Source of the DNA: Dehalococcoidia bacterium | GTDB taxonomy: Bacteria; Chloroflexota; Dehalococcoidia; Lucifugimonadales; UBA3495 | NCBI GenBank assembly: GCA_963665735.1 | Contig: OY762444.1 | Location: forward strand, 3,787,547 to 3,851,546 | Length of the DNA stretch: 64,000 bases | Direction of reading: 5' to 3' | Shown here: in pieces, positions 54,019-63,736 of the stretch | Layout of the letters: the number at the start of each line of letters is the position of its first letter | How positions within the stretch are numbered: position 1 is the first letter of the stretch | Translations under genes and position numbers: made by a program | The notes under the pieces: generated by a model | Told to the model about the DNA's origin: nothing | The model's input: only the letters and a program-made list of their open reading frames with translations | The model's database searches: none

Positions 54019-54602
54019 CCGGAAAGGGCCGCGATAACGTCCGGCGACTGCACCACGTCGGCCTGGCGGGGAAAGATGCGCTGGGTCAGGAAGTCGTGGA
54101 CTTCCGGGTCGGAATCGGAGCAGCAGTCTTCGACGATTATCAGGCGGTAGTCTGAATCGGCGGCGTAGCGGGTGGTGGAGAGCACGACGCCGCTGGTGGC
54201 GTAGCCCAGCAGGATGATGGTTTCGACGTTGTTGGCGCGGAGGGTCATGTCCAGGTCGGTGCCGTAGAGGGCGTTGACCCGGTGCTTGCCGACGACGACT
54301 TCCCCTTCGATGGGTCGGACGGCTTCGTGGATTACTGCCAAGGGGTCGCTGACGGCGGGTTGGCCGGAGGTCTTGCGCTGGCTGAAGGTCTTGTTGCGGT
54401 CGCTGATTTCGACGTAGCCGGGGCGGAAAACGGTGGCGGAGTAGCAGACCAGCAGGCCGGCGTCGCGGGCAGCTTGCTGCAACGCCTGGGTCTTTTCCAC
54501 CACGCCGCGGTCAACAGCGTGGGGTAGGGTGGTCATCATGTCCCGGTAGAAGTCGGCGATGAGCAGGGCGGTGGTTGGCTTGTCCAGGGTGATTTCGGGC
54601 AT
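54015..54602 (-). CDS. isochorismatase-family cysteine hydrolase
   Basis: ALLIADF, GKHRVNALYGTDL and GYATSGVVLST (catalytic Cys replaced or shifted; family-level call only). Confidence 0.8.
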   Translation of the reverse strand: MPEITLDKPTTALLIADFYRDMMTTLPHAVDRGVVEKTQALQQAARDAGLLVCYSATVFRPGYVEISDRNKTFSQRKTSGQPAVSDPLAVIHEAVRPIEGEVVVGKHRVNALYGTDLDMTLRANNVETIILLGYATSGVVLSTTRYAADSDYRLIIVEDCCSDSDPEVHDFLTQRIFPRQADVVQSPDVIAALSG

Positions 54603-54682
54603 TGGGGGCCTCCGGGTGTTGAGGGGTTAGAGTACGTTGGATGAGGAACTGGTTGAAGGCGAGGGCTTCACCCCCATCCTAA

Positions 54683-54705
54683 CCTTCCCCCGTCAAGGGG
54701 GAAGG
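54683..54705 (+). repeat. B-type hairpin repeat (CCTTCCCCC/GGGGGAAGG variant)
   Basis: Same double-compensated variant as at 14361. Confidence 0.9.
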
Positions 54706-54710
54706 GACTA

Positions 54711-54736
54711 GATTCCGACTTTCGCCGGAATGACGG
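54711..54736 (+). repeat. A-type hairpin repeat
   Basis: GATTCCGACTTTCGCCGGAATGACGG. Confidence 0.85.
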
Positions 54737-54751
54737 GTAGGAATCGGGTAA

Positions 54752-54772
54752 GGGCAACCACAAGGGTTGCCC
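54752..54772 (+). repeat. C-type hairpin repeat
   Basis: GGGCAACCacaagGGTTGCCC. Confidence 0.85.
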
Positions 54773-54795
54773 CTACGGTGGCTTCGCGGCATGGC

Positions 54796-55125
54796 TTAGA
54801 GTACCTCGGCCAAGAAGGTTACAACTGTGGACAGGATGGCGGCGGCCAACGTTATGCGTTGCAAGCGCAACATCAGTTTCAACTTGCGTTCTATCCTGTC
54901 CATACAGGCTTCGATACGGTCAAAACAGGCGTCCAGCCGTTCTGCGCTGGTTTCTGCCCGGCCTGTACGGGTTTCGAGGGGGCTTTTTGGTCGTCCCATG
55001 TGGTTGTGCATATCGGAGGACAGGGTTCTTACGTCCTGCTCGAGAGTGCCTAACCGCTGGTTGATTTGGCCGAAAGAGCCTTCAATGTTGGCGATGCGCT
55101 CTTCTGCTGTTGGGGGTGTGGTCAT
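54796..55125 (-). CDS. hypothetical tail-anchored coiled-coil protein
   Basis: ORF 54796..55155, ATG 55125 preferred. Heptad-like N-terminal part and a C-terminal hydrophobic helix ITLAAAILSTVVTFLAEVL. Confidence 0.4.
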   Translation of the reverse strand: MTTPPTAEERIANIEGSFGQINQRLGTLEQDVRTLSSDMHNHMGRPKSPLETRTGRAETSAERLDACFDRIEACMDRIERKLKLMLRLQRITLAAAILSTVVTFLAEVL

Positions 55126-55179
55126 GGCGATACTCCCGGCAGGTAAATTTATCAATCCGTTTGGGGTGTCGGTGTGACT

Positions 55180-56235
55180 TTAACCGGCCTGGCGCAATGC
55201 TGCTACGGCGTGGGAGACGCGGCCCAGGGCTTCGTCAATGTCGGCGCCGTCCACTTCACGGTGAGTAACTATGCGGATGGAATGGGGGCCGGGGGAACTG
55301 ACCAGCACGTCTTCCTCGGCCAAGGCGTTAATCAGGTCGGCGGCCAGCCCGACGGATTCGTCAACGTCGAAGATTACGATGTTGGTCTGGATGCTGTCGG
55401 GGTCAACGGTGAGGCCGTCAATGTTGGCCAGGCCGTGGGCCAGACGGCGGGCGTTGGCGTGGTCGTCGGCCAGGCGGTCAACCATGCTGTCCAGGGCGAC
55501 CAGACCGGCGGCGGCCAGGATTCCGGCCTGGCGCATTCCGCCGCCTACCATTTTGCGCCAGCGCAGGGCTTCCTCGATAAATTCCTCAGAGCCGCACAGG
55601 ACGGAACCAACCGGGCAGCTAAGGGCCTTGGACAGACAGAAGGAAACGTCGTCAACGTCCTTGACCAGTTCTCTGGCGGGGACTTCCAGGGACACCGCCG
55701 CGTTAAAGACGCGGGCGCCGTCCAGGTGGACTTTCGCCCCGGCGTCGTGGGCAACGGCGGAGACGGCGGCGGTGTCGGCGGGGGTCAGGACGCCGCCGCT
55801 GCAACGGTTATGGGTGTTTTCCAGGCAAACCAGGGTGGTGGGGGGCATATGGATGTTGCCCCGGGGCCGAATGACCTGGCGGAGGTCGTCGGGGGCGATT
55901 TCACCCTGGGGGCCGTTGGGGACGAGGCGAATCTGGGCGCCGGCCAAGGCGGAGGCTCCGGCGGACTCGTTCCAGAATATATGGGCCTGGTCGCCCATGA
56001 CGACTTCATCGCCCCGCTGGCAGTGGGCCAGGACGGCCACCAGGTTGCTCATGGTGCCGCTGGCGGTCAGCAAGCCGGCCTCTTTGCCCAGCATTTCGGA
56101 GGCCCGTTCCTGGAGTCGGTTGATGGAGGGGTCTTCGCGGTAAACGTCGTCGCCCACCTCGGCGTCGGCCATAGCGCGGCGCATGGCGTCGGTGGGCTTG
56201 GTTACGGTGTCGCTGCGGAGGTCAATAACGGTCAT
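55180..56235 (-). CDS. ltaE: low-specificity L-threonine aldolase (PLP-dependent)
   Basis: DLRSDTVTKPT, GTMSNL and the FCLSKALSCPVGS PLP-lysine region. Confidence 0.9.
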   Translation of the reverse strand: MTVIDLRSDTVTKPTDAMRRAMADAEVGDDVYREDPSINRLQERASEMLGKEAGLLTASGTMSNLVAVLAHCQRGDEVVMGDQAHIFWNESAGASALAGAQIRLVPNGPQGEIAPDDLRQVIRPRGNIHMPPTTLVCLENTHNRCSGGVLTPADTAAVSAVAHDAGAKVHLDGARVFNAAVSLEVPARELVKDVDDVSFCLSKALSCPVGSVLCGSEEFIEEALRWRKMVGGGMRQAGILAAAGLVALDSMVDRLADDHANARRLAHGLANIDGLTVDPDSIQTNIVIFDVDESVGLAADLINALAEEDVLVSSPGPHSIRIVTHREVDGADIDEALGRVSHAVAALRQAG

Positions 56236-56373
56236 GGCATCCTCTGGACGGTGGCGATTTGGCGCGGGAATGGGGTTGAAACGAGATGGAGTCCGTTCAG
56301 GATTCTACCAGTATTCCTTGCCAAACACTACCGGGTTAACTAAGATGGGCGTAGCCGGACGGAGGGACTGAAA

Positions 56374-57015
56374 GTGCGACAGAGCGCGGTTTCATTCAAA
56401 GCCAAGGGCCTGAATTTCGAGGGAGTCGTTGCCATGCCGGAGGATGCGGGGCCGGGGGTTCCCGGCGTGGTCATCTGCCATCCTCATCCGCTTTTCGGCG
56501 GCAACATGGACAACAACGTGGTGCTGGCGGTGTCGTATGCGCTGGCGCAGCAGGGGTTTGCCACGCTGCGGTTCAATTTCCGGGGGGTTGGCAACAGCGA
56601 CGGCGAACACGCCAAGGGGGAACAGGAACACCAGGAAGCGTTGGCGGCTATTGACTTGCTGCAAGCCTGGCCGGGGGTGGACGACAAGCGCATCGGGCTG
56701 GTGGGGTACTCCTTTGGGACGCGGGTGATTTGCAGCCACCGGGAACTGCACAAGAAGCCGAAGGTCTTTTCCCTGATTTCGCCGTCCTTCGAGACGCTGG
56801 AATCGGCGGCGTTGAAGAAGAACAAGCAGCCCAAGCTGATTATCACCGGAGACCGGGACAAGCTAATCCAGTCGGAGAACCTGCAACCCGTCCTGGATTC
56901 CTTTGCCACGCCGCCGACGTTCAAGCTGGTGCGAGGGGTGGACCACTTCTGGTTTGGCAAAGAGGAGCTGCTGGTGGAGCAGGTGACGCCGTTCTTCGTG
57001 GAGAACCTGACCTAG
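56374..57015 (+). CDS. alpha/beta hydrolase (COG2945-like)
   Basis: CHPHPLFGGNMDNNVV and GYSFG nucleophile elbow. Confidence 0.8.
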   Translation: MRQSAVSFKAKGLNFEGVVAMPEDAGPGVPGVVICHPHPLFGGNMDNNVVLAVSYALAQQGFATLRFNFRGVGNSDGEHAKGEQEHQEALAAIDLLQAWPGVDDKRIGLVGYSFGTRVICSHRELHKKPKVFSLISPSFETLESAALKKNKQPKLIITGDRDKLIQSENLQPVLDSFATPPTFKLVRGVDHFWFGKEELLVEQVTPFFVENLT

Positions 57016-57018
57016 CCC

Positions 57019-57681
57019 ATGTCCGGCCCGCCTTCGCCGCCGGAAGTTTCTCGCCCAGCGGGGCGGCGGCCCATTTACAAGGACTACAACGTAATCCAGT
57101 TGGCGCTGGTGGTCTTTCTGCTGGACCAACTGACCAAGTACGTCACGATTCAACTGCTGGCGGTGGGCCATTCTTTCCCTCTGCGGGGATTCTTCCGATT
57201 CACCCACGTTCACAACACCGGGAGCGCGTTTGGCATCCTGCAAGGGCTGAACACGCCCCTGATTTTTGTTTCGTTCATCGGAATAATCGTGCTGGCGTTG
57301 ATTTACCGCAGCCAGCCGCGGCCCAGCATTTGGCTGCGGTTGAGCCTTGGCCTCCAGTTAGGCGGGGCCTTCGGGAACCTGGTTGACCGGCTGCGGTTGG
57401 GATACGTTACGGACTTCATAGACATCGGGCCGTGGCCGGTGTTCAACCTGGCCGATGCCTCGATAGTGACCGGGCTGGTCTTGCTGGTGTGGATTTTCAC
57501 CCGTCCCAAGGGTGCGGAGAGTCCGGCGGAACCGGCGGGGGCGGCAGCGGAGTCGGGGCAATCCGGGGCAGGGGTGGAAGGCAGTCCCGTAGCCGAGCAA
57601 CCGGAAATCCCGGAGTCACAACCCCAGTCGGATGGAATCGGACTTGATGGGGAAACGCCGTCAGAGGGGAAGACCGACTGA
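57019..57681 (+). CDS. lspA: lipoprotein signal peptidase II with an acidic, low-complexity C-terminal tail
   Basis: NTGSAFG and FNLADASI motifs. Confidence 0.9.
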   Translation: MSGPPSPPEVSRPAGRRPIYKDYNVIQLALVVFLLDQLTKYVTIQLLAVGHSFPLRGFFRFTHVHNTGSAFGILQGLNTPLIFVSFIGIIVLALIYRSQPRPSIWLRLSLGLQLGGAFGNLVDRLRLGYVTDFIDIGPWPVFNLADASIVTGLVLLVWIFTRPKGAESPAEPAGAAAESGQSGAGVEGSPVAEQPEIPESQPQSDGIGLDGETPSEGKTD

Positions 57682-58664
57682 TGGCGGATTCTACGGTTAC
57701 AGGGAACAGTCAACGGGAACGGCGCTGGGAGTTCAGGGCGGGCCAGGAACAGGGACGGCTGGACCAGTTTCTGGCCGGCAAGGATACCGGCCTGACCCGG
57801 AGCCGCCTGCACGCTTTGATTGCGGAAGGGTACGCAACGCTGAACGGCAGCGTGGTCAAGCCTTCTCAGAAAGTCCGGGCCGGCGACACGGTGCGGTTAG
57901 TTGAGCCGCCACCACGGAGCCTGGACTTGTCACCGGAGGAAATCCCGCTGGAAATTCTTTACCAGGATGACGACATTATCGTCCTGGACAAGCCGGCGGG
58001 GTTGGCGGTGCATCCGGGGCCGGGCCACCCCGGGGGTACGCTGGTCAACGCTCTGCTGGCCCTTTGCCCGGATATGGAGGGCGTTGGAGGAGCGGTACGG
58101 CCGGGGATTGTTCACCGGCTGGACAAGGACACTTCCGGGTTGATGATGGCGGCCAAGAACGAAAGGGCGCATCACCGGCTTTCGGAACACATCAAGGCCC
58201 GGCAAGTGACCAAGGGCTACCTGGCGTTGGTCGTGGGGGAGTTGCCGGCGGAGGAAGGGGTGATTGACGCCCCGATAGCCCGCGACCCACGACACCGCAA
58301 GCGGATGGCGGTGGTTGAGGGGGGCAAGGCAGCCCGCACCGGCTACCGGGCGTTGGCAACGGCGGCGGGGGTGACGCTGTTGGAGTTGTACCTGGAATCG
58401 GGGCGGACGCATCAGATACGGGTTCACCTGGCGCACCTGGGCTACCCGTTGCTGGGGGATACGGTTTACGGCAAGGGCAGCCCGCTTATCGGCCGACAGG
58501 CGTTGTACGCGCATCACCTGGGGTTTGAGCATCCGGTTAGCGCGGAGTGGCTGGAGTTCCGGCGGGGGCTGCCGGCGGATATGGCGGCGGTTTGCCGACA
58601 GTTGGGTTGTCGTCCCCATTCTGACCGTTGCGTTGATGGGAAGGGATGGTTGTTGAGGGTCTAA
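57681..58664 (+). CDS. rluD: RluA-family 23S rRNA pseudouridine synthase (RluD-like)
   Basis: S4 domain, [12 protein letters not shown] and [16 protein letters not shown] overlap with lspA. Confidence 0.9.
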   Translation: MADSTVTGNSQRERRWEFRAGQEQGRLDQFLAGKDTGLTRSRLHALIAEGYATLNGSVVKPSQKVRAGDTVRLVEPPPRSLDLSPEEIPLEILYQDDDIIVLDKPAGLAVHPGPGHPGGTLVNALLALCPDMEGVGGAVRPGIVHRLDKDTSGLMMAAKNERAHHRLSEHIKARQVTKGYLALVVGELPAEEGVIDAPIARDPRHRKRMAVVEGGKAARTGYRALATAAGVTLLELYLESGRTHQIRVHLAHLGYPLLGDTVYGKGSPLIGRQALYAHHLGFEHPVSAEWLEFRRGLPADMAAVCRQLGCRPHSDRCVDGKGWLLRV

Positions 58665-58746
58665 AGACCAAGGTTTGCCCCAATGCGGGTGTGCTAGAAT
58701 ACGGCTGGAAATCGTCGAATCATGGCAATCACAGGAACATGGCAGT

Positions 58747-60444
58747 ATGACGACCTCTGACACCGGGCAAGGGGCGGATTTTATCCGCTCTATCATTGCG
58801 ACGGACAACGAAACCGACAAGTACGGGCGGCGGGTAGTTACCCGGTTTCCGCCGGAACCCAACGGCTACCTGCATATCGGTCATGCCAAGTCCATTTGCC
58901 TGAATTTCGGGGTGGCGGAAGAGTTTTCCGGCGCCTGCCATATGCGTTTTGACGATACCAACCCGACGCGGGAGGATGTCGAGTACGTGGACTCGATTCT
59001 GGAGGATGTGCGTTGGCTGGGCTACGACTGGGGGCCGCATCTTTACTACGCATCGGACTACTTTGACCAACTGTATGAGTATGCGGTGGAGTTAGTGCGG
59101 CAAGGCAAAGCCTACGTGGACAGCTTGAGCGCCGAGGAAATCCGGCAATACCGGGGCACGCTGACCGAGCCGGGGCGGGAAAGTCCCTACCGGGACCGGA
59201 GCGTTGAGGAAAACCTGGACTTGTTCCAACGAATGAAGGCGGGGGAGTTCCCGGACGGTTCGCACGTGCTGCGGGCCAAGGTGGACATGGCCGCGCCGAA
59301 CATGAACATGAGAGACCCGACGCTGTACCGCATCCGGCAGGTGGAACACCACCGCACCGGGGACAAGTGGGCGATCTATCCGATGTACGACTTCGCTCAT
59401 TCGCTGTCGGATTCGATAGAGCGGATAACCCATTCGCTTTGTACGCTGGAATTTGAAGACCACCGGCCCCTTTACGATTGGTTCCTGGATGAGTTGGAGG
59501 TTTACCACGCCCAGCAGATAGAGTTCGCGCGGCTGAATTTGACGCATACGGTAATGAGCAAGCGGAAACTGCGAGCGCTGGTGGAAGGGGGTCACGTCAG
59601 CGGTTGGAACGACCCGCGGATGCCGACGATTTCGGGGTTGCGGCGGCGGGGATATACGCCGGAGGCGATTCGCAACTTCTGCCAACGGGTGGGGATTGCC
59701 CGTCGGGACACGGTAACGGAGTTGGCCCTGCTGGAACACTTATTGCGGGAGGACTTGAACCAAAGGGCGCAGCGGGTCATGGCGGTGCTGGACCCGTTGA
59801 AGGTGGTGATAACCAACTACCCGGAGGGCCAGGTTGAAGAGTTTGACGCCGTGAACAACCCGGAGGACGCCGGGATGGGCGCCCGGAAGGTTCCGTTTTC
59901 CCGGGAGTTGTACGTCGAGCGGGAGGACTTTCGGGAAGACCCGCCGGGGAGGTTTTACCGTCTGGCGCCGGGTCGGGAAGTGCGGCTGCGGTACGCCTAT
60001 CTCATCACCTGCGAGGAAGTGGTCAAGAACGACGCCGGGGAGGTGGTGGAGGTGCGCTGCTCATACGACCCGGAATCGCAGGGAGGGTCGGCGCCGGACG
60101 GACGGCGGGTGCGTGGTACGCTGCATTGGGTATCGGCGGCACATTCCATCCAGGCGGAAGTGCGGATTTACGACCATCTTTTCCTGAAAGCCAACCCGGA
60201 TGACGAAAGCGATGGGGGCGACTTCATCAGCGCGCTTAACCCTGACTCGCTGACCACGTTGACGGGCTGCCGGCTGGAACCGAGCCTGGCCCACGCCGCG
60301 GCGGGGGAACGCTACCAGTTTGAGCGCCAGGGGTATTTCTGCGTGGATACGGAGGACTCGGAGCCGGGGCGTCCGGTGTTTAACCGGACGGTGCCTTTGC
60401 GGGATAGCTGGGCGAGAATTCAGCGGGGGCAGCAGGGGAGTTAG
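58747..60444 (+). CDS. glnS: glutamine--tRNA ligase
   Basis: ORF 58675..60444 trimmed to ATG 58747. [17 protein letters not shown] (HIGH), VMSKRKL (KMSKS), and a GlnRS-type C-terminal anticodon-binding domain. Confidence 0.9.
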   Translation: MTTSDTGQGADFIRSIIATDNETDKYGRRVVTRFPPEPNGYLHIGHAKSICLNFGVAEEFSGACHMRFDDTNPTREDVEYVDSILEDVRWLGYDWGPHLYYASDYFDQLYEYAVELVRQGKAYVDSLSAEEIRQYRGTLTEPGRESPYRDRSVEENLDLFQRMKAGEFPDGSHVLRAKVDMAAPNMNMRDPTLYRIRQVEHHRTGDKWAIYPMYDFAHSLSDSIERITHSLCTLEFEDHRPLYDWFLDELEVYHAQQIEFARLNLTHTVMSKRKLRALVEGGHVSGWNDPRMPTISGLRRRGYTPEAIRNFCQRVGIARRDTVTELALLEHLLREDLNQRAQRVMAVLDPLKVVITNYPEGQVEEFDAVNNPEDAGMGARKVPFSRELYVEREDFREDPPGRFYRLAPGREVRLRYAYLITCEEVVKNDAGEVVEVRCSYDPESQGGSAPDGRRVRGTLHWVSAAHSIQAEVRIYDHLFLKANPDDESDGGDFISALNPDSLTTLTGCRLEPSLAHAAAGERYQFERQGYFCVDTEDSEPGRPVFNRTVPLRDSWARIQRGQQGS

Positions 60445-60449
60445 TTTCA

Positions 60450-61331
60450 GTGGCGATGGGCCATTACCAGCCAACGGAAAATTGGGCGGACGTGGGCGAA
60501 TTGCGGGTCAGGTTCCTGGACTGGGGCGGCGACGGGCCGCCGGTCCTGGCCCTGCACGGGTTGGCGTCGTCGGCCCATTGGTATGACCTGGTGGCGCGCA
60601 TCCTGCGGAGGGACTTCCGCATCGTGGCGCCTGACCAACGAGGACACGGACAGACCACGCAAGCGACTTCGGGATATGACTGGCAATCGCTGTCGGAGGA
60701 CGCCGCCGGTCTGCTGGACTACGTGGATATTCCCAGAGCGACGGTGTTGGGCCATTCCTGGGGCTGCAACGTGGCGATTAACCTGGCGGCCCGGTTCCCG
60801 GACCGGGTTGGGGCGCTAGTCTTGATTGACGGCGGCACGGGCAGAAACCAGGAATGGGAGGTTGGCGGCTGGGAGGCCTTTCGAGCCAGGGCCAGGCCAA
60901 GGGACGTTTCCGGCGCCAGGGAGGAATTTGTCGGGCGGCTGAAACGCCAGTTGTGGTTTTGCTGGAATCGGGAGATTGAGCGCATCGTGCAGACGATGGT
61001 GTATGAGGATGCGGATGGGCAGATGCAGGATATTCTGCGGCCCGAAAACCACGCGCAGGTTATGAAGGCAATGTACGAAGAACCGACTTCCAGCGTTTGG
61101 GCGCAGATTCATTGCCCGACGCTGCTGGTTCCGGCCGGGCCAAGGCCGGAGCAGGCGGGAACGGAGCGGGCCAGGATGAAAGTGGAGCGGGTGGAGGCGG
61201 CGGTTGCGGGAATCAAGGACTGCCGGGCGCGGTGGATTCCTGAAACCGTCCACGATATTGGCTACGACAAGCCGCAGGAATTGGCCCACGTAATACGGGA
61301 GTTTTTGTCGCAAGTGGGGCAATCGCCGTAG
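60450..61331 (+). CDS. alpha/beta hydrolase
   Basis: LALHGLASSAHWY, DQRGHGQT and GHSWG nucleophile elbow. Confidence 0.85.
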   Translation: MAMGHYQPTENWADVGELRVRFLDWGGDGPPVLALHGLASSAHWYDLVARILRRDFRIVAPDQRGHGQTTQATSGYDWQSLSEDAAGLLDYVDIPRATVLGHSWGCNVAINLAARFPDRVGALVLIDGGTGRNQEWEVGGWEAFRARARPRDVSGAREEFVGRLKRQLWFCWNREIERIVQTMVYEDADGQMQDILRPENHAQVMKAMYEEPTSSVWAQIHCPTLLVPAGPRPEQAGTERARMKVERVEAAVAGIKDCRARWIPETVHDIGYDKPQELAHVIREFLSQVGQSP

Positions 61332-61349
61332 GGTTTACCCCCTCCCCGG

Positions 61350-61372
61350 CCCTCCCCCTAACAGGGGGAGGG
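61350..61372 (+). repeat. B-type hairpin repeat
   Basis: CCCTCCCCC taaca GGGGGAGGG, 19 nt after the stop of the plus-strand hydrolase gene. Confidence 0.9.
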
Positions 61373-61443
61373 GGTTAATTCCGAACCCCCAAAGGTTGTT
61401 GTTTCGGGGAGACATTGATTCTTGGGGAGACAGGAGAAAGACA

Positions 61444-62910
61444 GTGACCGGCGCCGTTAGAGTCAGGTACGCCCCCAGCCCCACGGGTTTTCCGCACATT
61501 GGCAACATCCGCACGGCCCTTTTCAACTGGCTGTTCGCTCGCCGGAACGATGGGCAGTTCGTGGTGCGGGTAGAGGACACGGACCAGCAACGGCTGGTGC
61601 CGGGGGCGGTGGACGCCATCCTGGACGGACTGGAATGGCTGGGGATTGACTGGGACGAAGGCCCGCGGGTGGGCGGCCCATACGGGCCTTACTTGCAGTC
61701 GGAGCGGCTGGAGCTTTACCGGCAAGCGGCGGAAAAGTTGATTGCCCAGGGGGCAGCGTACCGCTGCTACTGCGACCGGGAACGGTTGGCCCAAGTGCGG
61801 AAGCAGCAGGAAGCGGAAAAACGGTCTATCGGGTACGACCGGCATTGCCGCAACCTGAGCGATGGGGAACGGCGGGAATTGGAGGCGGCCGGCTTGCCGT
61901 CGGTGGTGCGTTTCGCCATGCCAACGTCGGGGATTACCGAGGTGGACGACATCATCCGGGGTCACGTGGAGTGGCAGAACGACTTGGTGGACGATTTCAT
62001 ACTGCTGAAGTCGGACGGGTTTCCGACGTACCACTTGGCGGTGGTGGTGGATGACCACCTGATGGAGATAAGCCACGTTCTGCGGGCGGAAGAGTGGTTG
62101 TCCAGCACGCCGCGGCACTTGCAGCTTTACCGGGCGTTGGACTACCCGCCGGTGCAGTTCGGCCACCTGCCGATGATCCTGGGGCCGGACCGGGCCAAGT
62201 TGTCCAAGCGGCACGGGGCGACTTCGATACTGGAATACAAGGACGCCGGCTATCTGCCGGAGGCGCTGGAAAACTTCATGGCGCTGTTGGGATGGTCGCT
62301 GGACGACCATAGCGACGTGATGTCGCTGGAGGTGGTGAAGGAAAATTTCACCCTGGAACGGGTGGGCAAGCCGGCGGCCATTTTCGACATTGGGCGGCTG
62401 GACTGGATGAACGGGGTCTATATCCGGCAAATGGACGCGGAAACGCTGGCGGCGGCGATGCTGCCCTTCCTGGAAAGGGACTTGCCGGCGGAGTTGCTGC
62501 CGGTGGATTTTGATTACCTGGCGCGGATTGCGCCCTTGGTGCGGGAGCGGTTGAAGACGCTGGCGGAGGCGGCGGACATGACGGGCTACTTCTTTGCCGA
62601 GGAATTGGACTACGGCGGGGCCAACCTGGTGCAGCGGGGCATGGATGGCGCCGGGGCGGTTGATGCTCTGACCAAGGCGGGGGAGACGTTGGGCCGGGCG
62701 GAGTCTTTTGTATCGGCAGACCTGGAGCAAACTTTGCGGGCTTTGGGGGGGGAACTGGGACTGCGGCCCCGGGAATTTTTCGGGACGCTGCGGGAGGCAT
62801 TGACGGCCCGTTCCGCCACGCCTTCGCTGTTCGACGTTATGGAAGTCTTGGGGCGGGAGCGGGTTTTGGCGCGGATTGGGGCGGCGGTTGATTTCTTGAA
62901 GACCCAATGA
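61444..62910 (+). CDS. gltX: glutamate--tRNA ligase
   Basis: ORF 61396..62910. AGGAGAAAG RBS favours GTG 61444. RYAPSPTGFPHIGN (HIGH) and KLSKRHG (KMSKS). Confidence 0.9.
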   Translation: MTGAVRVRYAPSPTGFPHIGNIRTALFNWLFARRNDGQFVVRVEDTDQQRLVPGAVDAILDGLEWLGIDWDEGPRVGGPYGPYLQSERLELYRQAAEKLIAQGAAYRCYCDRERLAQVRKQQEAEKRSIGYDRHCRNLSDGERRELEAAGLPSVVRFAMPTSGITEVDDIIRGHVEWQNDLVDDFILLKSDGFPTYHLAVVVDDHLMEISHVLRAEEWLSSTPRHLQLYRALDYPPVQFGHLPMILGPDRAKLSKRHGATSILEYKDAGYLPEALENFMALLGWSLDDHSDVMSLEVVKENFTLERVGKPAAIFDIGRLDWMNGVYIRQMDAETLAAAMLPFLERDLPAELLPVDFDYLARIAPLVRERLKTLAEAADMTGYFFAEELDYGGANLVQRGMDGAGAVDALTKAGETLGRAESFVSADLEQTLRALGGELGLRPREFFGTLREALTARSATPSLFDVMEVLGRERVLARIGAAVDFLKTQ

Positions 62911-62952
62911 TGGGTTGGCGTTCCGCTGGGCGGGGTTTGACTCTCTCCCTGA

Positions 62953-62985
62953 CCCTCCCCCTTGCTAGGGGGAGGGGATTTTTTT
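62953..62985 (+). terminator. B-type hairpin plus T7 run; candidate intrinsic terminator for gltX
   Basis: CCCTCCCCC ttgcta GGGGGAGGG GA TTTTTTT, 43 nt after the stop codon. Confidence 0.45.
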
Positions 62986-63348
62986 GCCTACCCGGTTGGC
63001 AAGGGCAGCGTTCCGTTTCGGACGGTCTGGCTGGCGTCCAATGGTAGGGGGATTCTCGGTACAGAGGATTCTCGTTTTTGGGAGTCGCGGAGGGCCGGGT
63101 GGGGTTGGTTGAGGCCGCCCGGCGGTGATGTTGGGGTGATGTTTTGACGGTTTTGGTTGGGCATGGGGCGTTTTTGAGGCGGCAATCGGCGGAGCGTTGG
63201 GGCGGGCCATGACGGGTTGAGGATGGCCGGGGAACCCGGCCCGGCGAAATCAAGACCCGGTTGTATTTTGACGTTGCGGCCCTGTTTAGATACCAGAACT
63301 GGTATTAACAAGAAGTTAAAATTTTTACAAAACAACTACAAAAACGCC

Positions 63349-63377
63349 TTGACAGACTATCACATAACATCAGGTAT
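63349..63377 (+). promoter_or_regulatory. candidate promoter in an AT-rich island
   Basis: Perfect TTGACA (63349-63354) preceded by an A/T-rich, UP-like stretch (63305-63345). Only a weak -10 (AGGTAT) at 17-nt spacing. Confidence 0.3.
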
Positions 63378-63390
63378 CTTTGAGGGGTGG

Positions 63391-63584
63391 GGCGGTGGCA
63401 GGCCGGAAGGCCCCGGCAAGGTTTCGGTCTAAGCGGTTGGGAATCATGGGTCTGAATGGACAGGGTTTCAGGGTTGTAGGGAGGCCCGGATTCCGAACCA
63501 ATCGGGACGGCGTTGGGATAGGTTGACCGGACGGGAAGGCCGGCGACGGCCCCGGGTGTGGGTGGTGGATGCCCTGCCACCGTC
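63391..63584 (+). ncRNA. candidate structured RNA or cis-regulatory leader, class unknown
   Basis: GGCGGTGGCAGG (63391-63402) can pair with CCTGCCACCGTC (63573-63584): 12 bp with one G-U, enclosing about 170 GC-rich nt. Lies between the candidate promoter and the MBL-fold gene. Confidence 0.2.
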
Positions 63585-63736
63585 GCTAAATGTCGTAAAC
63601 ACGGGTTTGGCGGTAAATCACCTGATACGGAACGCTACCGGGCGGTTGCCCCGGCGGGATGATTCGCGCCGTTGCGGTTCTCTCGCACCATCACGGGGAT
63701 TTTTAGTGGGAAGTTTTGTTGAGGAGGTAGGGGCCT

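Noticed and set aside
63391-63736. Assignment of the structured leader to a known RNA class (RNase P, tmRNA, SRP, 6S, cobalamin, TPP, SAM, glycine, ZTP, c-di-GMP, guanidine)
   Set aside because: None of the hallmark conserved segments I can recall is present (GGAAAGUCCGG, UUCGACG/CCACCA, GGAAGCAGCC, the B12 box, CUGAGA plus ACCUGAUCUGGAUAAUGCCAGCG, and others). ACCTGATACGG at about 63620 is only a partial TPP-like match without the CUGAGA partner.
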